Part shown: positions 24,094-34,335 of the stretch, in pieces | Layout of the letters: every line of letters starts with the position of its first letter | Numbering within the stretch: position 1 is the stretch's first letter | DNA from: Felis catus | Taxonomy: Eukaryota | NCBI RefSeq assembly: GCF_018350175.1 | Contig: NC_058383.1 | Span: 22,074,001 to 22,138,000, forward strand | Length of the DNA stretch: 64,000 bases | Reading direction: 5' to 3' | Notes under the pieces: model-generated | Database searches by the model: none | Told to the model about the DNA's origin: nothing | What the model saw: only the letters and a program-made list of their open reading frames with translations | Made by a program: the position numbers and the translations under genes

Positions 24094-24645
24094 AGAAATC
24101 TCTCCCTTTGCTCTGTTCTTTCTTGCGCATGGGCATTTTGGTAGTGGATGTAACTAGAGGTGATGGGTATTATCGAAGATTTATGAACAGAGTGCAGTTA
24201 AGACTTAGACTTAGGAACCTATCCTCTTTTGTGGCTGGATGGACTTGGACAAAAGGCTCCATCTCTTTGTGACTCAGTTTCCACATAAAATGGGGATGAT
24301 GGAAATTAGTATCTGTCTCTTTGGAATTAAGTAAATTAATATTTGTAGAGTGTTTAGAAGAGCGACTGGAACATGGTACATGCTCTATGAAGGCTGGCCA
24401 TCAACTATGCATTTAATGTGGTGCCACATCAAATGGAAACATGGCTCAGTGGCCAAGCACTGACTTCTGGTAGACACCAGCAACTCTGGGAATGTGCTAA
24501 GGCTTTGCTGAGTTCCCATTGCTTGGGTCCTCCTGTGGTCTTGCTAATCTCAACATCCCTCAGCAATGCACATTTTGGTGACAGCTCTGGCCATGCCGAC
24601 ATTGTGTGTGGGCTTTAGAAAAATTTTATGTTATTCATCACAAAA

Positions 24646-24852
24646 TTTTTTTTAATGTTTATTTATTTTGAGAGAGATAGAGGGAGTGAGTGGGGGAGGG
24701 GCAGAGAGAGAGGGAGAGAGAGAACCCCAAGCAGGCTCTGCGGCTGTCAGTGCAGATCCCGACGTGGGGCTCGATCCCACGAGCTGTGAGATCATGACCT
24801 GAGTCAAAACCAAGAGTTGGACGTTTAACCGACTGAGCCACCCAGGTGCCCC
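24646..24852 (-). mobile_element. CAN-SINE
   Basis: TSD tcatcacaa. Typical body. Confidence 0.94.
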
Positions 24853-25221
24853 TCATCACAATTCTTTTTTCTTTTTTTCCCTCATCACAAATTTTTAAAG
24901 GCAGCCCGCATTCAAAATCTGGCTCTTCCACCTGCTGTCTTATCTACGGCAAGTTCCTTAACCTCTGAGCTTTCAGCTTCCTCCTCTGTAAAATGGCAAA
25001 ACTAATGGTCCCTACCTTGTAGGGTTGTTGTGAGGGTCAAGTGAGTTATTACAGTAAAGCCCCAGGATAGGGCTTGACACGCTGTAAATGTTAAATTACT
25101 ATAGTATTTACATTATTATAATACGTTGTTATAATAGTGTCCAGTTAATGAGTTCTGCAAATAAAATACCCTCAGCATTCTTTTAAAAGGGCTGAAAATA
25201 TGTGCCCATTGATCTTGTACA

Positions 25222-25598
25222 TTAGAGGTTTCAAGCTTGTGGCCTGCTTGAAATCAGTATCGAATGGGCATATTTTATTTGCATAGCCTAGAGGTTCAAA
25301 AAATTAGAATTCGTGGCCCATATTTTAAAATCAGGATGTTTTAAAAAATAAAAAAATAAAAATAAAATCAGGATGTTTTACATAAAAATCCAGACTTCCA
25401 GCTTTTCTGGAGGAATGGGAAAATATGGCATTACCGGCCTGTATTCCCGCACATTGTCCCTGGGAGAGGACACCACAGTGGTTGCTCACATCAGACAGGA
25501 CAAGGTACTCTTCCAGTCAAGAACTCTTGGCTCACAACACTTGGATTTTCCCCCCTGGAATGCTTCATGCACTTGGCTTATCTGCCTGGCTCCTGTAA
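25222..25598. mobile_element. hAT/Charlie MER-type (MER102-like) DNA transposon remnant
   Basis: cataaaaatccagacttccagcttttctgga...atggcattaccggcc motif. Confidence 0.5.
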
Positions 25599-26240
25599 TA
25601 AGGAAAATAATAGCTAACACATATACAAAACATACCATATTTCAGGCACTGTCTTATTTGATCACCACAACAATCCTAAGGGAGAAGTATTAGTATTGTC
25701 CCTCACCTTAAGGATGGGAAGTCATGGCTAAGGAAGTTCCCAAGGTTATGAGCTCACCATTTCACTTTTCTCTAGAATAACCCCTTTATTCTAACCTAGG
25801 TAAAGTTTTCTCTAGTTGTATCAGTGAGATGGGAACATGGTCCAAGAGTGTCGATATTCAGTTGTCATGGTCATGTTGGCCAGGAGGGCTTAGTCATGGA
25901 TGTCTAAGGTCATAACTTAGGGAATTAACTGCCTAATTTCCCCATTGCCCTCAACGTCACCAGACTCATCTCTGATACCCGAGGACAGTCCTACTCAGAA
26001 TAGAAGCTCCTATCAGAAACCATTGCACTTGAAGTGAGTGTGACCTCCCAACTCAGCCCTGTGCTGTAGGGCATGGAGGAACAAAGCTACCCACAGAAGT
26101 TGGTCCATTCTGCTCATCTTTGACACCCCTTCCTAGATGGCTGTACTCACTTCCCAAATGTGCCTAGAATCAAATGAAGATGACACACTCCTATACTGAA
26201 TGCATTACCCACCTTTCTTTTTTAAACCTGTGTCCTTTTT

Positions 26241-26311
26241 TTTTTTTTAATGTTAACTTACTTATTTTGAGAGAGAGAGAGAGAGAGGAGGGAGAGCACG
26301 AGCAGGGGAGG

Positions 26312-26342
<31 letters not shown>

Positions 26343-26354
26343 AGAGAGAGAGAG

Positions 26355-26405
<51 letters not shown>

Positions 26406-26532
26406 CCTAAGCAGGCTCCATGCTGTCAGCACAGAACCCGATGCAGGGCTTGAACTCATGAACCGTGAGATCATGACCTGAGCCGAAATCAAGAATCAGA
26501 TGCTTAACCGACTCAGCCACCCAGGTGTCCCC
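26241..26532 (-). mobile_element. CAN-SINE with expanded (CT)n tracts
   Basis: TSD (c)ctgtgtcc(t/c)tttt. About 90 nt of (GA)n. Confidence 0.94.
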
Positions 26533-27385
26533 TGTGTCCCTTTTTGATAAACATAAAAATCTCACCAAGGCCAGGAGATATCCATAGGCTTTCATCCCAG
26601 AGCCTGTGATTCTTGATTGAGAAATTTCTCCGTTTCCTACACCGTCCTTTCAGCAAGACTTGGTCTGGCTTTTCTTCCTGAAATCTGTATTATAGAAACA
26701 AGACACCTTATTTCCCTTTTCTGGTCCTACCATTATGTAATAATATTTGAAGATGTTGTTTCAAAATACGACTCACCCTTTCTTCCAAACCCTGGAGAAT
26801 CACTGATCTCTGAGTGATTCTCCTGGATATTTAAGAGGATATCTTTATCCAAATGGTAGCTTTGGAGATAATGCCTGACAACTGCTATCAAATGCTTAAC
26901 ATTTGAAAATAAATTCACAAAACACAGAAGATGAACAGATGGTCTGTGAGTTTTGTCCATTCTCTGTAGCTTTCCACCACTCTCTGCTGCATCAGACATA
27001 AAGGAGTTGGAGCCAGCCCCAGGTGGGTGTACTTTGAGGGGGAGGTGAGCGGTCCCCGGGCCTGAACCATACAGAGCAACAGCTGTCTTCAGGGGCCCTG
27101 CACGAGGGCTACGCCCACAGAGGTGGGGGGTCCTTGCTCCTGGTTCCTGCCGGTGGGGACAGCGCAAATGGGGAAGGGGCTTAAAGTCATCCGGGTCCTC
27201 TGGCTGCTAGGGCGGCCTTCTTAGTTTCTTTTCATCTTGTTCCCCGGACAATTAGGAGTGAGATTTCACCCCTGCCTGTGCTTGCCTGGGGCACCCCACA
27301 TTGGAAGGTGTGCTTCCAGAATCCAGTTTGGTCGATTTACCGGCATCTGGGTCAGACTGTAGGCTACAATCTTGTCCACGCTAGG

Positions 27386-27880
27386 TGTATCAATTTCTTG
27401 GGGTTGCTGTAACAGATGACTATAACCTGGATGGCTTAAAACAGTAGAAATTGATCCCGATCGAATTATCCTCTTAAAACAATAGAGATAGGCAGTTCTG
27501 GAGGCCAGAAGGCTAAAATCAAGCCGTGGGTAGGGCTGCGCTCTCTCTGGAAGCTCAAAGGCTCAAAGGGAGACTCTGCTCCTCACCCCTTCCAGCCGCT
27601 GGCAGCTGGCAGTATTCCTTGTCTTGCGGCCACATCTGCACCCCAGCTCCCCCTTTGTGTGCCTGTGTTGCCTCCCTTTGCCTCTCTCTGATAAAGATAG
27701 CAGTGATGGTGTTGTGGCCCACGCTGGTAATACAGGGTAACTTTTCATCTGAAGATCCTCAGTGTACTCACACCTGCAAAGACCCTTTTCCCCAAGGGTA
27801 AAAGCTAGAAAAGGTGACCTTTACAAAGTCCAGGGTTAGGACTGGAAATCTCAGGGCAAGTCATTCTTTGACTTGCTACA
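27386..27880 (-). mobile_element. MLT1 (MaLR) LTR
   Basis: tgtatcaatttc...gctgtaaca...ggcttaaaaca and cagttctggaggccagaag motifs. Confidence 0.75.
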
Positions 27881-28222
27881 TCAGACCAGAGCCTTAGTCT
27901 TATCCTTCTTCTCCTCCATTCCAGTCCTGGCCTCTTCCTTTCAGAACAGTCATACAGACCCTGGCGGTTCCTACAAAGTCTGATCCTGGGATGGCTGAAA
28001 AAGCACCCTACTGGGAATCAGTAGCACCAGTCTGGTTGGATAGTCTGAGACTCAATCACTTTTTCCTCTTATCTCTTCAGGGATAGCAGTCAAGGTCAAG
28101 TGCACCTCTGCTTGCTCACTGCTCTATTGGAATGGTCTCTGTTGATCTTCCTTCTCTTCCCCCAACTCGTGCACTCGTGTTCTCTAAGGTAGATCAGATG
28201 TTATCCCTTTGTTGAGAGTCTC

Positions 28223-28921
28223 TGTAGAAAGACAGAATAAGGGCCCTTCAGAGATGTCCATGTTCCAATCCCTCAGACCTGTGAGCACGTTCCCTCACAT
28301 GGCAAAAGGGACTTTGAGGATGTGTTAAGCATTGTGAGTTGGGAATATTATCCTGGGTTATCCAGGTGGGTCCAAAGTAATCACACTGGGGACAGTCACA
28401 GACAGAAAAGGAGACATGACAACACACACAGAGGTTGGAGTGACGTGGTTTTTGTTTTTTGTTTTTAATGTTTATTTATTTTTGAGAGAGACAGAGACAG
28501 AGCACGAGTGGGGGAGGGGCAGAGAGAGAGAGAGACAGAGAGAGACAGAATCCAAAGCAGGCTCTAGGCTCTGAGTTGTCAGCACAGAGCCCGATGCAGG
28601 GCTTAAACTCACGAACCACAAGATCATGACCTAAGCCGAAGTCGGATGCTCAACTGACTGAGCCACCTAGGCGCCCTGGAGTGATGTGTTTTGAAGGTGA
28701 CAAGAGGCCATAAGCTAAGGAAATGCAGTAGCCTCTAGAAAGTGAAAAAGACAAGGAAACAGATTCTCCCCTAGAGCCTCCAGAAGGATCTGTTCTTCTC
28801 ACACCTTGATTAGTAAGACTGATTTTGGACTTCAGGCCTCCAGAACTGTAAGATAACAAATGTGTGTTGTGTTAAGCCAGTTTGTGATCATTTGTTACAG
28901 CCACAGCAGAGGGAATGAATA
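28223..28921 (+). mobile_element. MLT1 (MaLR) LTR inserted in an L2, itself carrying a SINE
   Basis: catggcaaaagggactttg, gattctcccctagagcctccagaagga and cctccagaactgtaagataacaaatgtgtgttg motifs. Confidence 0.8.
28451..28676 (-). mobile_element. CAN-SINE nested in MLT1
   Basis: TSD tggagtga(c/t)gtg(g/t)ttt. Confidence 0.93.
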
Positions 28922-30269
28922 TGGTGTCCACGGGATTCTCACTGGACTTAGAACAAAGTCAAGCTTCTCACCAAGGTTGACAAATGCCTACCAGATCTGT
29001 CCCCTGCCTTCCTCTCTGGCTTTGTCTCCACCACTTTGCCCGGTTCTTACTATTCTCCCCGTGCTGGTCTTCAGCAGGCCAGGCCTCACGCTCTGGCCTT
29101 TGCTGTCCCCTCTGTCTGCAATGCTTTGCTCTGGCTCCTTGTCACTCAGATAAAACTAGCACCTTCTCACGGAGGCCTTTCTTGAGCATGTGGGTTAAAT
29201 AGCTGACAATCCAACCATCCCATCCCTGCCAGTCTTTATTTTTTTTCATAGCACTTGCTGCCATCTGCAATCATGTTATTCACTGTTTAACATGAATCCC
29301 TCCTGGAACATCAGCTGCATGAGAATAGGGCCCATGTTTTGTTCCCATCTGGATCAGTCATTGGTCCTAAAGACGGATTTATCAAAGGAATGAATGAATG
29401 AAAGATATTCATTCATTTTCAGCTCTAATAATTTCTCTCTGCAGTCATGGACTGTTTGACATAGCTTCAGCCTTTGTAGCAGAAGAGCAAATCACCCTCA
29501 AACTCAGGTTTGAGGCAGGAGATGATAGAGGATGGGATCTGGAGGCCTTTTCTGCTTGTGCCTTTCTTCAATCAGTTTCCTCTCCCTTAATAATATTTTA
29601 AAATATTTTCCCCTTTCCCCCTTCTTCCCTGTAAGCCCTCCTCTGGGTTCTGTCTACTTACAACCAGTGGCACTTCTCGAGGATAATCTTGGGGTCAGAT
29701 ACCTTCAGGGGCTCCTCCACTAAAGTTGCCATGGTTGCTTTTTGGCCTTCTGCTGCTTAACTAGGGCAGTGATGTGAATCTGATGCTGCTCATGTTTAGG
29801 GGCTCAAGGAAAACTCCTCGATTTTGAGACTAAGGGCCTTTAGTTCTTGTGGGCTTACATAAATGATGATTTCTGTTCCATTCACAAGGGGCCTGAGTCT
29901 TTTGATCCCAGGAATAAGTCGTTTCCATTTGGATACATGATGTCAGTCTGCTTACCCACAGCAGCTCAGAAACTCTCGGTCAGGGGAAGGATGACCATAG
30001 TGCCTCCTCCCACCCTCCACTTTACCTCAAGGGGGAAGGTTGATCTGATCCATCAAGATCGTGCACATGCACTAGACACAGTGCTAAGACCCCTTTTCTC
30101 TCCCATACTCCACCCTGTATTATGTCTTTTAGAGGAAACCTTTTCCATCCACGTGGTAGGCAGGTTCTCACATGGCTCTCACTAAGTCTCTGCCTTGCCT
30201 ATTTATGCCTTGTATAGTCTCTTCTCCTTAAGCATGGGCTGGACCTAGTAACTTGAATGGAACTTCCAG

Positions 30270-30676
30270 CTTAGAGGTATTATCGCTATACTGTCTTTTT
30301 AGCTGGTACACTTTGATAAAGCAAGATGACATTTTGGAAGAGTGCATATGGTAAGGAACTGAGGGCAGCCTCCAGCCAGGAACCACTGAGGAATTGAAGC
30401 TGTCAGTCAAATTCCTCACAGTCAACTGAATCCTGCCAGCAACCATGTGAGTGAGCCTAGAAGTGAATTCTTCCCTAGTTGAACCTTCAGATGAGACCAC
30501 AGACAGTGACGGCCTGAGCCAACACCTTGATTGCAGCTTGTAAGGGAGCCTGAATCAGAGGACCCAGGTAAACTGCCTGGATTCCCAATCCACAGAGACT
30601 GTGAGCCAAGAAATGTGTTGTTTTAAGATGGTAAGTTTTGGAGTAATCTGTTAACAGCGATAGATATGTAATACAA
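30270..30676 (+). mobile_element. MLT1 (MaLR) LTR, 3' part
   Basis: ggaactgagggcagcctccagcca and tttggagtaatctgttaacagcgatagat motifs. A related fragment lies at about 31590-31915. Confidence 0.75.
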
Positions 30677-33192
30677 TCCACATGACATCTAGGAATTCTC
30701 TATGCAATACAGCTCACGTTAGAATTAAGATCCCACATTGGGATATGCAGTCCAATCTTCAAATAGTAATCAACGTTTTACTTGCTAGGCACTGTCCTTT
30801 TTGTATTTATTCCCTCTTGGACCTTGTGGGGGAGAGTGACCGGTTGAAACAGAATTGGATGTTGTTGTGTCTCTTGTCCAAATACCATTTTAATCTTAAC
30901 CTGACATCTGGCCTAATTTGGGCAGGCTATATGCCAGGGAGAGTTGCATTTAGGGGACAAAATCCATAGTGGAGAGAGTGTGGTTCAATCATTGGGCAAG
31001 GGCTCTAGAATTCAAACTTTTATTGCTTTCAGAAGTCAGGATTCACTTTTGGAGCTAGCGCTGCAGGTCTAGGAAATGATAAACAGCAGAATTCCATGTG
31101 GGTCAAAGCAATTTCAGATCAAAACCAGCAAAGACAGGACCTGAGATATTTGGCTTTAGGGCTTTTACAGCCAGATATTGATAGATGGCACTGGATTGAG
31201 TGTCCCAGATTTGGTTCTTATTTATCTTGCTTTGCATTCCTCTCTGATTTTTCCAGCATCTGTTTGTGTATGAGGTTAGAAAAAGAACCACAGCAGAAAT
31301 AACATCTGAAGATTTCAAAATGTTGTCCTCATTGGTTTATAAAGCCTGTACCATCAGCTCCCCAGTTGGCACTGGTATTCAGTTGACAAGCCTGAACTCT
31401 GGAACCATGTCTTTGTATGTTGAGATTGAAGAGACAAATAAGAAGACTGACTTCTGGTGGTCCATAACCATGGGGAAGCCCAGGTAGTTTTCTGGCAATT
31501 TCTTTCCCATCTCTCTAATTTCTCTAATGCTCCCTAAGTTCATGAGTAGCTCCATTGCGGGACTGGGTAGTAGATACAAAATTGGTCACTTCTGAGATCA
31601 GATGGCTTCCATACTGGTCACTGGGGAAAGCCACTTGCCTGGTGCAGACAGTCCTATGGAGATGTCTGTCTGGTGAGGAACTGAAGCTTCCAACAACCAT
31701 GTGAGTAAGCTTTAAAGTGAATCCCATCTCCCCTTCGTTGATCCTTCATATGTTAACTGCAACCCTGGCCATCAGCTTGACTGCAACCTCATGAAAGGTA
31801 TTACGCCAGGTAAGCCACACCCAGCTTTCCTGCCTGTAGTGATTGAGAAGCAATACATATTTGTTGCCTCAAAGTTTTGGAGTAACTTGTTATACAGCAA
31901 TAGATAACTAATGCAATGTAGGTCTGGCCAAACTACCTCCCCCAACTCCCCGCTCTACCCCAGACCTAGTCCTTGGTTTAGGACTGTGCATGTGACCATG
32001 CTGAGTCAATCAGAGTAAACTGCTCCCACTCTTTCTCACTGGACATGATCCTAGGAAGAGAAGAGGCTGGGGCTTCTGCATCTTCTTGTCCTTGTGAGTG
32101 GAAAGTTCTGGGATGTCTTGTTGGTCTCTATATCCTCAGCACCCAGAATTGTGCCTGGCTCAAAGGAGCTGCTCAATAACTATGAAGTGAAAGGTGGGTT
32201 TGTATCCAGCAGAGGGAGAAAAGATGAGGGGAGGGCTCAGAAGTACAACAGCAAGCTCTAATACCATCTAATACCATCTTAAATGGAACATGTCATCAAA
32301 CATCTATAGAAATCCGGTTATTTTTGTTTTCTCCATGTGATGCATAGAACACACAGTTTCTTCCTTACGTTTAAGTTGGCTTTCCCCAATGTTAACTGGC
32401 AGAGTTTCTAAAATTCTGCAAAGAACGTACTAGGATCAATGGATTCACTGCATCTGCCCGATGCTCCATTTACTGGGCGTTTTCCAAGGAGGCAGGAGAT
32501 GAATAAATTTTGTGGAATCATAATGTACTTGGTGTGACAGGTTTGCTCTTTTCTGCTACCCACTAGCATTAGCAGCAACAAAGGCATGTGCTATAGATTG
32601 GATTAGTACATCTTTCAAAAGGAAACAGAAGCATGATTTCATTCAGAGAAGAAGATATTAGGCTGACACCCAGTGATTCATTAATGTGCCACTCTGATCT
32701 CAGAGACTGGGGCTCCTTCTCATGCCAAACATATGGCATATTTTATTTTCCTTTCCTCTCCTGGCCTCCCTGGGGAAGTAGGGTTGTGGAGAAAAGGGCA
32801 TACACTTTTTGTTGTTGTTGTTGTTGCAGACGCTGAATTAGAAAATAGGAAAAGGTAAGTCGTTTGACAAATAGTGACATCCTCATTGACCGCAGAAAAG
32901 TGTTGCTTCTGTACTGACAGCGACCTCCTTGCTTTTGTCGTAGCTGGGATGAAATTTTTGTTAAGTACTTTGTGCCCGAGGATTTCATACACCAAGCCAC
33001 ACTGATTGGATCACTGAGTGGATACTCTGATTCTGGGCACAGGAAAATTATTGAGTCCATTAAGTGTGAGATTTGCAAATGGCAGAAGTCTCGACCTCAA
33101 ATTTACAGCAGCCAGGTAAGTGGATGGAGAGTGTGACACAATAGGGCATAGTGGAGACTTTGGTGGAGTGAGAATCCGACTGCTTTTATAAC

Positions 33193-33383
33193 TTTTTTTT
33201 TTTTTAAGAGAGAGGGTGCACGTAAGTGGGGGAGGTGGCAGAGGGAAAGAGAGAGAAAATCTTAAGTAGGATCTACACTCAGCACAGAGCCCGACGTGGG
33301 GCTTGATCCCACGACCCTCAGATCATGACCTGAGCTGAAATCAAGAGTCAGACGCTCAACTGACTGAGCCACCCAGGCGCCCC
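33193..33383 (-). mobile_element. CAN-SINE just downstream of the PRKCB 3' end
   Basis: Head motif and poly(T). Sits within an old MER-like element. Confidence 0.9.
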
Positions 33384-33679
33384 AGAGCCCACACTGTTTT
33401 AAAGGAGACAGCCATTTCTCAGTTCGGTGGAGTTATTTCCACGTGGAAACCAGGCCGAGGGCTATTAGTCTCCCAATTTTTTTTTTCAAGTGAATCTTAT
33501 TTATGTAAGTGAATCAAAATTTATATAAAGTATCCCATTTTTAAATGTTGACAATGATTTCAATGAAATAAAATTGTGTGCCTGTGAAACAAAGCTCATC
33601 CACTGGCTGCCTCAGCTTATGGCTCTCAGTTTATAACCCCTGTACCAGGACCTATTTAAAAGCAGACATGTTAACAAGA

Positions 33680-34182
33680 GAGTTTGCATATATTAACTCA
33701 GTTTAATTATATCAATTCTTAAACAAAAAATTTCCTCCAAGAGACAATAGTTCACGGTAACTGCAAAGCTCACTCACAATTTTTAAAAATACCAGTCATG
33801 CTTAGCATTCAAAGAAGATAGGGTAGAATAACTGTAAAAACATTTACTGGGAACATCAGCCTCTGACTTTAAAAATTACAAATACTGAAGCGTTTTGGTA
33901 TCAGACACAGTAGTTTTGACATCGTCTGTTCATTTGATGAGTTTCTGGAAGTTTGGAAAATTGTACCTCTATAATTGGATAAAGCGGTTACTCTAAACTA
34001 AACATTTTCAAATGTAGAAAACAAACTAGCAAGCTACACATACAAAGAAAAGCCCTCTAGGACAAGCCCTCCACATGTTGAATGCCAGCAAATGCACCAT
34101 GGATCCTGGAAGACTAGAATTGATACATACACTTGGCCTGAAGTCTTAACACTTCAGGCTTGACAATGGAGTCTGCATTCAC
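33680..34182 (-). other. PRKCB: PRKCB distal (beta-I) 3' UTR
   Basis: AT-rich, repeat-free sequence after the beta-I stop, ending at ATTAAA plus a downstream U/GU-rich stretch. Confidence 0.75.
33702..33707 (-). terminator. PRKCB: Polyadenylation signal ATTAAA (distal PRKCB end)
   Basis: tttaat on the + strand. About 25 nt further on the minus strand comes tcttgttaacatgtctgctttt. Confidence 0.65.
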
Positions 34183-34335
34183 CTACACATTAATGACAAA
34201 CTCTGGGTTAGTATAGGAGAAGCCAGCAAATTCATTTTGGTCCAAGTTCATGATGAAGAGTTTATCAGTAGGCGTGAGTTCCACAGGCTGTCTGGTGAAC
34301 TCTTTGTCGAAGTTGGAGGTGTCTCGCTTGTCTCT
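34183..34335 (-). CDS. PRKCB: PKC-beta-I terminal (V5) exon, RDKRDTSNFDKEFTRQPVELTPTDKLFIMNLDQNEFAGFSYTNPEFVINV*
   Basis: ORF 34183..34425 gives 50 codons plus TAG. Acceptor ttccatttggcag. Turn motif LTPT and hydrophobic motif FAGFSY. Confidence 0.97.
   Translation of the reverse strand, partial: RDKRDTSNFDKEFTRQPVELTPTDKLFIMNLDQNEFAGFSYTNPEFVINV

Noticed and set aside
29393..29417. aatgaatgaa-agata-ttcattcatt hairpin at an L2 tail, reminiscent of L2-derived miRNAs
   Set aside because: Only a 10-bp stem, and the right arm does not continue as an inverted L2. Too short for a pre-miRNA.
1..33600. CACNG3 coding exons (expected neighbour by human synteny)
   Set aside because: No CACNG3-like peptide recognised. 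The gene probably starts beyond the left edge.
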